A stretch of DNA of 64,000 nucleotides from Candidatus Saccharimonadota bacterium (GCA_015999875.1 JAECRG010000001.1:171330-235329); one strand, 5' to 3'; shown: positions 52,533 through 63,152, counted from the first letter of the stretch. The notes: a model not told the origin generated them from the sequence alone. Numbers and translations: made by a program.

Positions 52533-55043
52533 CTATTGAGCAGGCGGGTACTGGGAAGGTGGCTGAGTCTGAGGTTCAGGCTGCTGCGTTGGAGGCTGAG
52601 CCATAGGAGTCGGATTCGCATAAGTCGATTGCTGCGATTGCTGCCAGCTAGTAGGCTGCGGTAAGTTCGAAAAGGGCGCAAGGGTTTGCGGCGGCTGCGT
52701 CTGTTGGACCGAGGCTTGATGCTGCCACTGAGTGGGGTCAATATACTGGCCCTGTGCGAGTTGCCCGTATTGCGTTTCAGTGCGCGGCTTAACAAACAGC
52801 CTAAGTGCAATCTTAGCAATTGCCAGTAGTACAAAAAGTCCTGCGCACACAGCTAATAGCACCTGTAGTAGCGATACAATAGTATTCATGGTAGATGTAT
52901 CCGTAGCCGTGCTGTACTGTGACTTACTATAGGCGGCAAATTGTGCGGCAAGATAGTTTTGCGGATACAAGCTTGCAGCAGTGTTAAATGATTGCGTTGC
53001 TTGGCGGTAATTTCCATTAGCGAGCTCACCAATCGCTTTATTCCAAGTTTTTGTCGAATCACTTGATGATTGAAGGGTAATGTTGCGCTGCTTTACTAGC
53101 TCGGAAATCCCTGCCGTGTCGCGGATCACAGTACTAGCAAAACATTTACGGTCAGGACAATTCAGATTATTGTATGTGGCCATTCCAATCACCCTACCTG
53201 CATCGTCTATTGCCGGCGCACCTGCAAGGCCTGCGTGCGATGAAGTCGCGATGGAACGCACCTTTTGACCTTTGCTCGAATTAAACGTCTGGGCTACCGT
53301 GCCCGAGCGATACAGGGGTGTCTCACGAAACTGAGCAGATGCAAGCGAACCAAATGCATACATCGGCAAGCCAGCCATGCGAACTGTACTCTTGTCTGCT
53401 ATATTTCCACCGCTAGCTCCAAGCTGCAGAGCAGGATATAATCCACTTTTGCCGACCTTGAGTAGTGCTGCATCAGATCCAACACTCTCACCGGCAAAGA
53501 TTTGTTGTTGCGTGACATTTGTTGAATAGTCCTTAGCTTCAATAGCAGCCTCGACTACTGTATCTGTATACGCAAACGAGCTTGACCCGTCGCCATTTTC
53601 GTTGACGACAATTGGCTTATCTGAAAGCTGTACGGCATATGCATACTTCTCTTTCATAATAGCAATATCCTCAGGCGCAATAAGTGTACTAAGCGCATTC
53701 ACCTTAGCTATAATGTCTTGATTGCGCTCTTCAACGCCTGCCATCAGCGCATCCGCATCAGTTTGCATAATACTGCGGGATTCTACTAAATAGTCGAGTA
53801 TTCGCTGTAGCCGATCAACAACTTGAGATGCGTTTGGTGCGTTAGTGATATATGCCGACACTGCCTCTTGCGGCTTCACCTGCACAACACTTCCTTCTGT
53901 GGCGACGAGGCCATCTCGCGAGACGAAGAATCCAGTGCCAGCCTTGTCTACACACGCACCTGTTAATGTAGGACCATCACCTCCGTTCGGTAATGTTAGT
54001 TTAATATCTGCACAATAAACCGTGCCGATACGCACCACAGAAGGAGCCATCGATGCCATAAGCTTAAAGTCCTGTGTAGAACTAATATAGGAAGGTACAC
54101 TTGAACCAGCAAGTAGCTTTTGCCCCTGTGGGTCTTTGTTTACTTCCTCAGATTCAGGCTCATTAGCAACCGCTTCTTCGTCACCCTTGTTTTCAAGCAT
54201 TGCCGCATCTTTAGCAGCGTCTTTTGCATCCATCAGAACTGCTGCATCAAGTCCTTCGTATTTCACATTAGATAAGACGTATTCAAGCTGAGGTACGACT
54301 GCAAAATTTGAATCACGTATATTATTGATGCACGCGACATAGGGACGATCACTCTGCACCGTCATATAACAGTCTTCGCGTCTTTCGGTCGTCACGCCAT
54401 ACGTTTCACTTTTGTAAGTAAAAGTGACTTTACGATAATCGATAGAATTAATATTTTTTACTTCTGCGTCCGAAGATTCGACAAGCTTATCTTTTTCATG
54501 CGCCGCCACCGTCTCTTTAACCAGCATATCTATTTTCGAAAGATCACTATACTCTTTTTTTGTAGCAAGTGCGTCCCAATAACTTTTTGATAGGCTAGAC
54601 GTAACACGCAGCTCTGGTGAACTCAGAGTCACTTCATTTCGAGTAGCTTCGCTCGTCTCCACCGGTCTCACGCGCATGATAGTATACGGACGCTCTTCGT
54701 TCAGGTCCGTACTCGAAAAAGTCACCTCTTCCGCAAAACCAAAACCTTCAAGTTCGCGCGCATCATACGGAATCTGTATACCTAATGTCGAATGAATAAA
54801 ACGCGACTGTGGCGCAGCATCCGTTGCAACCAATACGCCAGCTACACCAGCTTGCGTTTTACCCGTATCGGATGTTGTTATACCCATAAAATACATAACC
54901 GCCCACGCTATAGCGGCAATCACAGCGATACTCGCGAATGCAATCATACCCCAATTGAGGTATGTACTTAGACCCCTCTTACGCTTAACTGGAGCTGGCT
55001 GCATCGGTGACTGTGGCGTTATATATGGCTGTTGTGGTTGCAT
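52533..55043 (-). CDS. two-TM protein with Q/P-rich termini and a trypsin-like (S1C-type) domain lacking catalytic His and Ser
   Basis: GTGFFVSRDGLVATEGSVV aligns with the usual ...TNxHVV; DAALLKV aligns with the Asp region; GLAGAPAIDDAGRVIGM aligns with the usual GNSGGP. The two TMs are MIAFASIAVIAAIAWAVMYF and LLQVLLAVCAGLFVLLAI. Confidence 0.7.
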   Translation of the reverse strand: MQPQQPYITPQSPMQPAPVKRKRGLSTYLNWGMIAFASIAVIAAIAWAVMYFMGITTSDTGKTQAGVAGVLVATDAAPQSRFIHSTLGIQIPYDARELEGFGFAEEVTFSSTDLNEERPYTIMRVRPVETSEATRNEVTLSSPELRVTSSLSKSYWDALATKKEYSDLSKIDMLVKETVAAHEKDKLVESSDAEVKNINSIDYRKVTFTYKSETYGVTTERREDCYMTVQSDRPYVACINNIRDSNFAVVPQLEYVLSNVKYEGLDAAVLMDAKDAAKDAAMLENKGDEEAVANEPESEEVNKDPQGQKLLAGSSVPSYISSTQDFKLMASMAPSVVRIGTVYCADIKLTLPNGGDGPTLTGACVDKAGTGFFVSRDGLVATEGSVVQVKPQEAVSAYITNAPNASQVVDRLQRILDYLVESRSIMQTDADALMAGVEERNQDIIAKVNALSTLIAPEDIAIMKEKYAYAVQLSDKPIVVNENGDGSSSFAYTDTVVEAAIEAKDYSTNVTQQQIFAGESVGSDAALLKVGKSGLYPALQLGASGGNIADKSTVRMAGLPMYAFGSLASAQFRETPLYRSGTVAQTFNSSKGQKVRSIATSSHAGLAGAPAIDDAGRVIGMATYNNLNCPDRKCFASTVIRDTAGISELVKQRNITLQSSSDSTKTWNKAIGELANGNYRQATQSFNTAASLYPQNYLAAQFAAYSKSQYSTATDTSTMNTIVSLLQVLLAVCAGLFVLLAIAKIALRLFVKPRTETQYGQLAQGQYIDPTQWQHQASVQQTQPPQTLAPFSNLPQPTSWQQSQQSTYANPTPMAQPPTQQPEPQTQPPSQYPPAQ

Positions 55044-55071
55044 AATCTATGCACTAGTGTAGCATAAAACG

Positions 55072-57042
55072 CTAGCGTTTTGCGCGAATCTCGGAGATCA
55101 CATCACGTAGTTCAGCAGCCTTTTCGAACTCGAGATTGGCGCTTGCGAGATTCATCTGCGCGGTCAGCTCTTTCTCGAGGTTTGCATACTCGTCTTTTGG
55201 TATCTTTTTCAAGTCGAGCTTAGGTGCAGTATCTTCTTTTTGAGGAATAATAGCACGAAGGCCTTCATCAATTGCCTTGTCGATACCCTGCGGTGTTATG
55301 CCGTGTTCGACATTATATGCCTCTTGTATAGCGCGTCGACGATCTGTCTCATCCATCGCTGCTTGCATAGAACGGGTAATCCTGTCACCGTACATGATCA
55401 CGCTTCCCTCAACGTGGCGAGCCGCACGTCCGATAGTCTGAATTAACGCGCTTTCGCTACGTAAAAATCCTTCTTTATCAGCATCCATGATCGCGACCAA
55501 GCTTACCTCAGGAAGGTCCAAGCCTTCACGAAGAAGGTTTATGCCGACAAGTACATCAAATACGCCCAGGCGTAGATCTTTTAATATATCACCGCGCTCT
55601 AGGGTGTCAACTTCACTATGAATGTATGCAGTCTTGATATTTAGCTCGAGCAAATACGCGCTGAGATCCTCGGCCATACGCTTAGTAAGTGTCGTTACAA
55701 GAACTCGTTGCTGCTTTGCAATTCGCTCACGAATCTCTGCGATCAAATCATCCACCTGTCCCTTGATAGGCTTGATAGTGATCGGAGGATCAAGCAAGCC
55801 TGTCGGGCGAATTACCTGCTGGGCAGGTGGCGGACTATGCGCAAGTTCGTACTCACCAGGTGTTGCGGAGACATATATAGCCTGATTTATATGAGTGTCA
55901 AATTCTTCGAAGCGCAGTGGGCGATTATCCATAGCGCTTGGCATGCGAAATCCGTGTTCGACAAGCACTTCCTTGCGTGCGCGATCGCCATTATACATAC
56001 CACGCACTTGCGGCAATGACTGATGACTCTCGTCGACAAGAAGCAGCCAGTCGTCTGGAAAGTAATCTATCAGAGTAGCAGGCTGTTCACCAGGCTCACG
56101 GTTGCTTAGGTATCTACTATAATTCTCAATACCCTTCACAAAACCGGTCTCCTCGAGCATCTCAATGTCGTACTTAGTACGCTGCGAGAGTCGTTGTGCC
56201 TCAAGAAATTTATCGTGTGTCTCAAACCACTCGAGGCGCTCAGTAAATTCATGTTTGATACCCTCAATCGCATGTGCCAATCTATCTTTTGGCGTCACAT
56301 AGTGACTACTCGGAAATATAGTGACACTCGCAGGCTCATCTAAAATCTCACCCGTCAGCGGATCAATGCGAGTAATTCGGTCTACTTCGTCGCCAAAAAA
56401 TTCCAAACGATAGGCAGTGTCTCCATTGGCCGGAAATACATCTACTACATCACCTTTGACTCGAAACGTACCGCGATGAAAATCTACATCGTTACGCTTG
56501 TATTGGATATCTGTCAAAAGACGTACGAATTTGTCTTGTTGTCGACGTTCGCCACGCTTGACCGTAATTGACATTTCTGAATACGCATCTGGCGAGCCAA
56601 TACCATAGATACAGCTCACGCTCGCTACAATTATCACGTCACGCCGTGTAAGTAGCGCGGATGTGGCCGCATGACGAAGACGATCGATCTCTTCGTTGAT
56701 AGCCGAATCCTTCTCTATATAAGTATCGCTACTGGCGATGTACGCTTCTGGCTGATAATAGTCAAAGTAGCTTACAAAATAATGTACTTCACTGTCTGGG
56801 AAAAATGCCTTGAACTCGCTATATAGTTGTGCTGCCAAAGTCTTATTGTGTGCCAGAACCAAAGTTGGTACCTGCCTATCCTGAATAATATTCGCCATTG
56901 TGAACGTCTTGCCACTTCCTGTCACACCGAGCAGTGTCTGCTCACGTTCACCAGCGTTAAGTCCTTCAATCAATTGAGCAATAGCCGTCGGTTGATCGCC
57001 AGTCGGCTGATATTTTGTCTCTAAGCGAAATTTTTGGCTCAT
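55072..57042 (-). CDS. uvrB: excinuclease ABC subunit B
   Basis: GVTGSGKT, helicase motifs and a C-terminal UVR domain ([10 protein letters not shown]) are present. Confidence 0.95.
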   Translation of the reverse strand: MSQKFRLETKYQPTGDQPTAIAQLIEGLNAGEREQTLLGVTGSGKTFTMANIIQDRQVPTLVLAHNKTLAAQLYSEFKAFFPDSEVHYFVSYFDYYQPEAYIASSDTYIEKDSAINEEIDRLRHAATSALLTRRDVIIVASVSCIYGIGSPDAYSEMSITVKRGERRQQDKFVRLLTDIQYKRNDVDFHRGTFRVKGDVVDVFPANGDTAYRLEFFGDEVDRITRIDPLTGEILDEPASVTIFPSSHYVTPKDRLAHAIEGIKHEFTERLEWFETHDKFLEAQRLSQRTKYDIEMLEETGFVKGIENYSRYLSNREPGEQPATLIDYFPDDWLLLVDESHQSLPQVRGMYNGDRARKEVLVEHGFRMPSAMDNRPLRFEEFDTHINQAIYVSATPGEYELAHSPPPAQQVIRPTGLLDPPITIKPIKGQVDDLIAEIRERIAKQQRVLVTTLTKRMAEDLSAYLLELNIKTAYIHSEVDTLERGDILKDLRLGVFDVLVGINLLREGLDLPEVSLVAIMDADKEGFLRSESALIQTIGRAARHVEGSVIMYGDRITRSMQAAMDETDRRRAIQEAYNVEHGITPQGIDKAIDEGLRAIIPQKEDTAPKLDLKKIPKDEYANLEKELTAQMNLASANLEFEKAAELRDVISEIRAKR

Positions 57043-57048
57043 ACACTC

Positions 57049-57057
57049 AGTATAGCA
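57049..57057 (-). promoter_or_regulatory. extended -10 TGCTATACT, 6 nt from uvrB ATG
   Basis: The minus strand reads TGCTATACT-GAGTGT-ATG. Confidence 0.55.
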
Positions 57058-57065
57058 CCGAGTAG

Positions 57066-57674
57066 TTAGCCTTGTCCTGCACGCTTCTTACTGACATGGC
57101 TATCGTCAGCATCGTGCATAAAATCTGCATACTTTGCATCAAGTCGGGCAATCACCTGCTCAACTAGTCTATCAGGGTCAGTGTCATAGATAATGTCTTT
57201 TGCACCAGGAGCTTCAATGTTGTCGAGAAGTGTTTTAGTGTAGTCTGCCAATCCACCACTGCCGAGTAGTACGCCACAGACCTTGCGACTTTCGAGAGCT
57301 GTCGATAGCTCATGGAGACTACCCATACGCCCACCCACCGTGATGATCGCATCGCTACTTCGCACCAAGTGCACATCACGCCCGACATACTCCATACCCG
57401 TGAAATTGATATAATCAAATTCCTTTGTTGGCAATCGGTATGTAGCGACATGCTCCCTAAAAGAGCTCGCTGGAGAGAAGCCTATTGATATGCCACGCTT
57501 TCCCTCTACGCTCACTGCACCCATTGCCGCGTAATGAGGCAAGCCTACAGTCGCGCCCGTTGTCAATGTCTTACCTCTTTTTGAAATTGATTTACCAAGT
57601 TCGTACGCAAGTTGATGTGATGCTTGAACCGTCTCACCACTTGCTGCACCCGACACACATATCTGATATCTCAT
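57066..57674 (-). CDS. LOG / TIGR00725-like Rossmann protein (putative nucleotide N-glycosidase family)
   Basis: [19 protein letters not shown] and [10 protein letters not shown] (fitting the GGxG[TS]xxE LOG motif) are present. Confidence 0.6.
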   Translation of the reverse strand: MRYQICVSGAASGETVQASHQLAYELGKSISKRGKTLTTGATVGLPHYAAMGAVSVEGKRGISIGFSPASSFREHVATYRLPTKEFDYINFTGMEYVGRDVHLVRSSDAIITVGGRMGSLHELSTALESRKVCGVLLGSGGLADYTKTLLDNIEAPGAKDIIYDTDPDRLVEQVIARLDAKYADFMHDADDSHVSKKRAGQG

Positions 57675-58129
57675 ATTTTACGCTCCTTGTTTACCTGTAT
57701 ATACTTTGTAATTTTCTGTAATAATTCCGGATGTGCTGCCCAGTCCTTGTAGCGACTTACGATCTGATCAGCAAGTGCAGCCTGGAGATGCTCCAGGCTC
57801 CTGTCTTCAAATCTCCGCGACTCTTCGTTATCGGTAACTACGTCGTCATGATGGAATGACACCACCTCCCCACCCACTACAAGTCCTGCGTACCGAGTGG
57901 ACTCTCCAAGTACATCTTCGTGTACGCGAAGAGCGTGATAGAGTTCTCGGGCAGTTGCATCACCCTCGAGACCCATCTCACGAATAATAGTGTGTGCGAT
58001 ATGCAATATATCTCCGACAAGTTTAGCGTCAATAGCCTGAGTTCCTGTCGCTTTTTCAAGATCATCAAACGCGATCGACAAAAGTTTGTCTGCGGGTCTG
58101 CCGAGCAATGTCATGAGCGCTCTTGACAT
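57671..58129 (-). CDS. hypothetical protein (152 aa)
   Basis: It has a 4-nt overlap with the downstream LOG-like gene and a 1-nt overlap with the upstream kinase gene. I recognised no motif. Confidence 0.55.
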   Translation of the reverse strand: MSRALMTLLGRPADKLLSIAFDDLEKATGTQAIDAKLVGDILHIAHTIIREMGLEGDATARELYHALRVHEDVLGESTRYAGLVVGGEVVSFHHDDVVTDNEESRRFEDRSLEHLQAALADQIVSRYKDWAAHPELLQKITKYIQVNKERKI

Positions 58130-59097
58130 TAGTAAGGCTTCTCCTCCAGCGGCATGTCATGAAGTTCGGTGTTCTTGTGCAATATGCCTTCTTTTGCGCC
58201 AAATTTTGTCACTACTGACGTAGAGTTGGCACTAGCAAAAACAATCGCCTCTCGTAGACTCTTGCCTAATATCCATTGGCTCAAGAAGCCACTTGCGAAT
58301 GCGTCACCAGCGCCTGTACGATCTACTACTGGAACATCTTCATACATGCCTGCGCTCACAATCGTCTTACCATCACTTGCAACAACGCCCCTTGGGCCAT
58401 CGCTTACTATTGCGACAGGTACATAATGCAACGCATGGCGAACAAGCTCTTCAAGAGTTTCTCCGTCAACGAGCATTTGCATCTCTTCTTTATTCACGCA
58501 CAACACATCGATACTACTTAAAAGAGCCTTGAGTTTTTGAGGATCAGCAAGCTCGGGGCCAGCGGGGTTTAGCATCACTTTTGCGCCTGCCGACTCCGCC
58601 TTATCGACAATCGCACGTAGCAGCTCGATGCCACCTAAAGCAAGTGACGTAGGGTACACCCAATCAACGTCGTTTATCGCATCGAGATTCAGATCTATAT
58701 TATCTGCGCCAGTTGAGACACCTCGATTATTAAGAATAGTTCGCTCGCCGTCAGTCGCAATCAAGATGTTTGAGTAACCTGCACGATACTTCTCCCGTCG
58801 TACTACATGCGAAGTGTCGACACCTTCCGCGTCAAGATCGTGTAGTACTGTTTCCGATGCGGGATCGTGACCTAAAGTCCACATATAACTACTGTGGATT
58901 CCTTGACGTGCAAAGGTTACTGCGACATTACTTGCGTTGCCTCCAGTCGCAAATACAATATCCTCTACTTCCATCTTCACTCCAAGGGGCAGGTGGGTGT
59001 AGGCGACCTTGCCCTCCATCTGCGGACTAAACTCGTCGCTTTTTAAGAAAACGTCCTGTGTCGCTTTGCCTATTGCTAGTATTCTCGGTGTGCTCAT
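58129..59097 (-). CDS. PfkB-family sugar/sugar-phosphate kinase
   Basis: ILAIGKATQDVF, GGNASNVA and DRTGAGDAFASGF are present. It is paralogous to the N-terminal half of 31313..33322. AAGGA SD lies upstream. Confidence 0.85.
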   Translation of the reverse strand: MSTPRILAIGKATQDVFLKSDEFSPQMEGKVAYTHLPLGVKMEVEDIVFATGGNASNVAVTFARQGIHSSYMWTLGHDPASETVLHDLDAEGVDTSHVVRREKYRAGYSNILIATDGERTILNNRGVSTGADNIDLNLDAINDVDWVYPTSLALGGIELLRAIVDKAESAGAKVMLNPAGPELADPQKLKALLSSIDVLCVNKEEMQMLVDGETLEELVRHALHYVPVAIVSDGPRGVVASDGKTIVSAGMYEDVPVVDRTGAGDAFASGFLSQWILGKSLREAIVFASANSTSVVTKFGAKEGILHKNTELHDMPLEEKPY

Positions 59098-59268
59098 GCT
59101 AATTTCCTTTTTATTTTACCGCCCATATCTGACATGTAGTATATCATACCGCTTATGGAGTGTGCATCTGAGCGAAAAAGCCCGACGCTGCGCGACAAAT
59201 CTACCACTCGAAAATAGAATCGCTAAGCACACTAGCGTCGCTTGGTAAAATAAGTCGAAGCGTCGTAT

Positions 59269-60180
59269 CTAAACGATAGCTTTTCCAGCGCTACCAAACG
59301 CCTGAATTTTTTCTTCCACTACTGCCTGCACCGCTCCATACACTTCAGGCATAAGTTTTACTACAGCATACTCATCAGGATGCTCTGCCAGCACTTTTTC
59401 AAGTGTCTTTCTAAATACGTAGCGCATATCACTATTGATATTGATCTTACTTACACCAATTTTTGCTGCATCTTCGAAGAAATGAGATGGAGTACCACTA
59501 CCTCCATGCAAGCTAATACCACAATCGATTGAACCGCGAATCCTCTCAAGCAGCTCGAGATCGAGCTCTTTCGGCACAGGATACTTACCGTGTAGATTGC
59601 CGATGGCTGCCGCAAACGTATCAATACCCGTGGCTTCCACGAATGACTTTGCACCCTCTGGCGTACTGAATGTCTTCTTGATTTCATCGTAATCGATATT
59701 TTCAGTATGAACATTGCTGCTACCACCAAAATAATGCGGTTCACTTTCGACGAGAGCCCCAGTAAACTTAGCATAGTTTACTACTTCGAGTGTCTTTGAG
59801 ATGATTTCTTCTTCGGTAGCAGCATGATTTGCCTGCGAGATGTCGATATGAATAAACTCATATCCTGCATCTATCGCACGCTTGCAGTCATCGACAGACG
59901 GACTATGATCAAGGTTGAGATATACCTCAACACCATATTCCTTTTTATAGTTATCAACCATATCACGAATGTTTTCAAGACCCATGGCTTTGACCTCGCC
60001 ATCACTCACTTCGATAAGTACAGGTGACCGCAGCTTCTGAGCTGCGCCCACAATAGCGATGAGGGTCTCTTGGTTATCTATATTAAACGCACCGACGGCA
60101 AAGTGCTGCTGCTTAGTACGTTGGTACAAATGTCGAGCTCGTGTAGTATTGTCTCGGATTTCGCTAATTGTCAGTCCCAT
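59269..60180 (-). CDS. fba: class II fructose/ketose-bisphosphate aldolase
   Basis: Motifs seen: FNIDN, NLDHS, GNLHG and LHGGSG. Confidence 0.85.
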   Translation of the reverse strand: MGLTISEIRDNTTRARHLYQRTKQQHFAVGAFNIDNQETLIAIVGAAQKLRSPVLIEVSDGEVKAMGLENIRDMVDNYKKEYGVEVYLNLDHSPSVDDCKRAIDAGYEFIHIDISQANHAATEEEIISKTLEVVNYAKFTGALVESEPHYFGGSSNVHTENIDYDEIKKTFSTPEGAKSFVEATGIDTFAAAIGNLHGKYPVPKELDLELLERIRGSIDCGISLHGGSGTPSHFFEDAAKIGVSKININSDMRYVFRKTLEKVLAEHPDEYAVVKLMPEVYGAVQAVVEEKIQAFGSAGKAIV

Positions 60181-60184
60181 TATG

Positions 60185-61183
60185 TTAACCCTCTCTGTGA
60201 TATTGCGCGGTAGTGTTGATAAATTCTTGAATGACGGGCATCATCTTTTCCCCGGTAAGACCAAAATAATCCAATAGTTCGTTTGGCGCACCAGACTCCC
60301 CAAAGCGATCGTACATACCAATGCGCTTTAGGGGTGTTGGCAGTTGCTCGCTCAGCAATTCGGCCACAGCGCTACCAAACCCTGCAGCAACCTGCGCCTC
60401 TTCAGCCGTGACTACACGACCCGTCTTTCGTGCACTTTTGAGCAGAGTTGCTTCATCAAGCGGTTTTATAGTTGGCACATGAACTACCTCCGCAGAGATA
60501 CCATGTTCTTCAAGCAGCTTTGCAGCCTTCAGTAGCTGATAAGACATCGTGCCAGTACCGAAGAGTGAAATATCATGGCCTTCACGCAGTACATACGCCT
60601 TGCCAATTTCAAAAGGTGATTCATCGGTACTAAATATTGGGGTCTTTTCTCGCGCAAGACGCAAGTATGTCGGACTACCATTTTCGGCAATAAGCTGTGT
60701 AGCTTTTTCTGCCTCCACGGCATCACCAGGTATCACGACCACCATACGGGGCAACACTCGCATCAGTGCGATATCTTCAAGCATCTGATGCGTGGCTCCA
60801 TCAGGACCAACACTCACCCCTGCGTGAGAGCCTACAATCTTAACAGGCTGCTCATTGAGCGTAGCGGTGGTGCGAATCTGCTCCCAGTTGCGGCCGGGAC
60901 TAAATGCTGCATAACTCGATGTGAATGGAATTTTGCCTGCTCGAGCAAGGCCGCTTGCAACCGTTACAAGATTTTGCTCGGCTACGCCAATTTCTACAAA
61001 ACGTTCTGGAAAGGCTTCTTTAAAATGATGCATCTGTGTACTTTCGGTCAAATCAGCACACAGTGCTACGATACTTTCGTTTGCCTCACCTGCTTTTTTC
61101 AGACCACGGCCGAAACCAGCTCGTGTAGGCTCTTGGGCTACATCGTCGGAAAATATATCGTCTCTCAGTGGATAATGTGTCAT
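60185..61183 (-). CDS. transketolase, C-terminal (pyrimidine-binding) subunit
   Basis: FVEIGVAEQN is present. This 332-aa half follows the N-terminal-half gene. Confidence 0.9.
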   Translation of the reverse strand: MTHYPLRDDIFSDDVAQEPTRAGFGRGLKKAGEANESIVALCADLTESTQMHHFKEAFPERFVEIGVAEQNLVTVASGLARAGKIPFTSSYAAFSPGRNWEQIRTTATLNEQPVKIVGSHAGVSVGPDGATHQMLEDIALMRVLPRMVVVIPGDAVEAEKATQLIAENGSPTYLRLAREKTPIFSTDESPFEIGKAYVLREGHDISLFGTGTMSYQLLKAAKLLEEHGISAEVVHVPTIKPLDEATLLKSARKTGRVVTAEEAQVAAGFGSAVAELLSEQLPTPLKRIGMYDRFGESGAPNELLDYFGLTGEKMMPVIQEFINTTAQYHREG

Positions 61184-61185
61184 CT

Positions 61186-62043
61186 TTATTCTCCTGCCTT
61201 AATCTTGCCATCAAGCGTGCGTAGTTTCTTGAGTGCATCCTTGGCCTGTTCGTGGTTTGGCGGTGCGCCGTGCCATTTGTAGTCATATTCCATAAAATCA
61301 ACTCCCTTACCCGGGATAGTGTGCGCAATAATAACACTTGGCTTATTAGTGATAGCGCGCGCCATGCTCGCTGCATCACAGATGCTCTCGATATTGTGAC
61401 CATCAATCTCTTGGACATGCCAGCCGAAACTTTCCCACTTACCACGTAGGTCTTCGAGTGGCATCACATCTTCCGTACTACCATCGATTTGGATGTTATT
61501 GCGGTCTATAAAGCCAATAAGCTGACTTAGCTTATATTTACCGGCAAACATCGCAGCTTCCCAGATATTGCCTTCATTAAGTTCGCCATCGCCCATCACC
61601 GTATATACAAATCGATGAGGTTGTTTGTCCATATACTGTAGTGCATATGCAACTCCTGATGCCTGGCTCAAACCACTACCCAAAGGCCCGCTAGTGTTTT
61701 CAAGACCTGGTAATTTTGTGCGCTCTGGGTGCCCCTGCAAGCGGCTACCGAGCTTTCGCAGGGTCGTAAGTTCTGGCCTATCAAAAAAACCTGCCTCAGC
61801 CATAGCTGCGTATTGAACTGGTACTGTGTGGCCATTGCTAAGGAAGAAGTAGTCACGCGCGTCCCAATCAGGATTTTTTGCATCAAAATTCATAATTTCG
61901 AAATACAGCGCAGCGAAAATATCGGCAAGGCCCAGCGGACCAGCACTGTGCCCACTCCCGGCAGCTTCAAGCATTGTGATAATATCTTTACGAATTGTGT
62001 TTGCTTTTTCGTCGAGCTGCGTCAACGTATACTGCTGCTTCAC
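61186..62043 (-). CDS. transketolase, N-terminal (TPP-binding) subunit
   Basis: GHSAGPLGLADI and GDGELNEGNIWEA are present. Confidence 0.9.
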   Translation of the reverse strand: MKQQYTLTQLDEKANTIRKDIITMLEAAGSGHSAGPLGLADIFAALYFEIMNFDAKNPDWDARDYFFLSNGHTVPVQYAAMAEAGFFDRPELTTLRKLGSRLQGHPERTKLPGLENTSGPLGSGLSQASGVAYALQYMDKQPHRFVYTVMGDGELNEGNIWEAAMFAGKYKLSQLIGFIDRNNIQIDGSTEDVMPLEDLRGKWESFGWHVQEIDGHNIESICDAASMARAITNKPSVIIAHTIPGKGVDFMEYDYKWHGAPPNHEQAKDALKKLRTLDGKIKAGE

Positions 62044-62690
62044 TAGAGCACTCCTTGTTTATTGATTTCGTCGACGAGTTGCGTATATGTCACCTCTGCA
62101 TTTACGGCCTTCTGAATCGCACTACCTACGTTTAGAACACTCACACCGCCTTGTGTGAGTGTATAGGCATTGTCCACGTTTACGCCGCCGTCCCAGCCTA
62201 TTTCCGCCTCTGGGTTGATTTGCTTAATGAGGCGTACTTTCTCAAGCTGCATCAGGTTCGCCGTACCCCCCTGGTGTCCAAGGTCTCCAGTAAACACCAT
62301 CACATGATCTGCTTGGCGAATCAGATTAGCGACAGACTCTGGCACAGTAGGACGCAGAAGTGCGATGCCGGATTTGATATTGTACTGCTTCAAGGTAGCC
62401 ATGACAGATGGCAATTGCTCGGGATCCGCCTCGGCATGAAAAATCACCAGGCTTGGTTTGAGCTGCACAAGTGTTTGCAGGTGCTCAACTGGCCGAGCAA
62501 CCATTGCATGAATATCTATTTCCCAACCTTCTGGCCACCAAAGTTCATTTTCCGGCACGAGAAATACAGGTGCAAATTCTCCATCACTAAGATCAATATG
62601 TACCCTTTGAGCAAAAGGCTGGAGTATATCTACCTGCTGCTTATATTGCTCTGCATTTTCTGCCGTCAAAGTCGGCGCAATTAAACTCAT
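62043..62690 (-). CDS. rpe: ribulose-phosphate 3-epimerase family protein
   Basis: HIDLSDGEFAP, DIHAMV, IFHAE and WDGGVN are present. The sequence is somewhat divergent. Confidence 0.75.
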   Translation of the reverse strand: MSLIAPTLTAENAEQYKQQVDILQPFAQRVHIDLSDGEFAPVFLVPENELWWPEGWEIDIHAMVARPVEHLQTLVQLKPSLVIFHAEADPEQLPSVMATLKQYNIKSGIALLRPTVPESVANLIRQADHVMVFTGDLGHQGGTANLMQLEKVRLIKQINPEAEIGWDGGVNVDNAYTLTQGGVSVLNVGSAIQKAVNAEVTYTQLVDEINKQGVL

Positions 62691-62693
62691 GCT

Positions 62694-63146
62694 CTAGACC
62701 TCATCAATCTGCGCGTTACGTCGCTTATACCTTGGTGCATCTGCAAATGGCGTACTAAGCCATGTGTCGATAATCGCCTTCCATTCAACTTCGTCTTTCT
62801 CAAGTATACGAGATGGCAAACATAGCACATTGCTATTATTGTCGTTGCGAGTCATCTTTGCTTCATACTCGTCCCAAATTACGCTCGCTCGTATACCTCG
62901 AAATCGGTTTGCCGCCATCGCCATACCCTGGCCGCCGCCACAGAGCAAGATAGCACGCGGATCATCCCTATCATCTTCCCCGAGAACTTTTAATGCAGCA
63001 AGCTGCGCGAACTGCGGAAAGTCATCTTCCGGATCGAGCGACCTATCGCCGACATCTTCTACGTCATAATCGCGCTTAGCAAGATATGCAAATACTTGTT
63101 CTTTCATGTGAAAGCCATTGTGGTCAGAGCCCAGGAAAATCTTCAT
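62694..63146 (-). CDS. rpiB: ribose-5-phosphate isomerase B
   Basis: MKIFLGSDHNGF, LLCGGGQGMAMAANR and NVLCLPSR are present. Confidence 0.9.
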   Translation of the reverse strand: MKIFLGSDHNGFHMKEQVFAYLAKRDYDVEDVGDRSLDPEDDFPQFAQLAALKVLGEDDRDDPRAILLCGGGQGMAMAANRFRGIRASVIWDEYEAKMTRNDNNSNVLCLPSRILEKDEVEWKAIIDTWLSTPFADAPRYKRRNAQIDEV

Positions 63147-63152
63147 GCCTTA

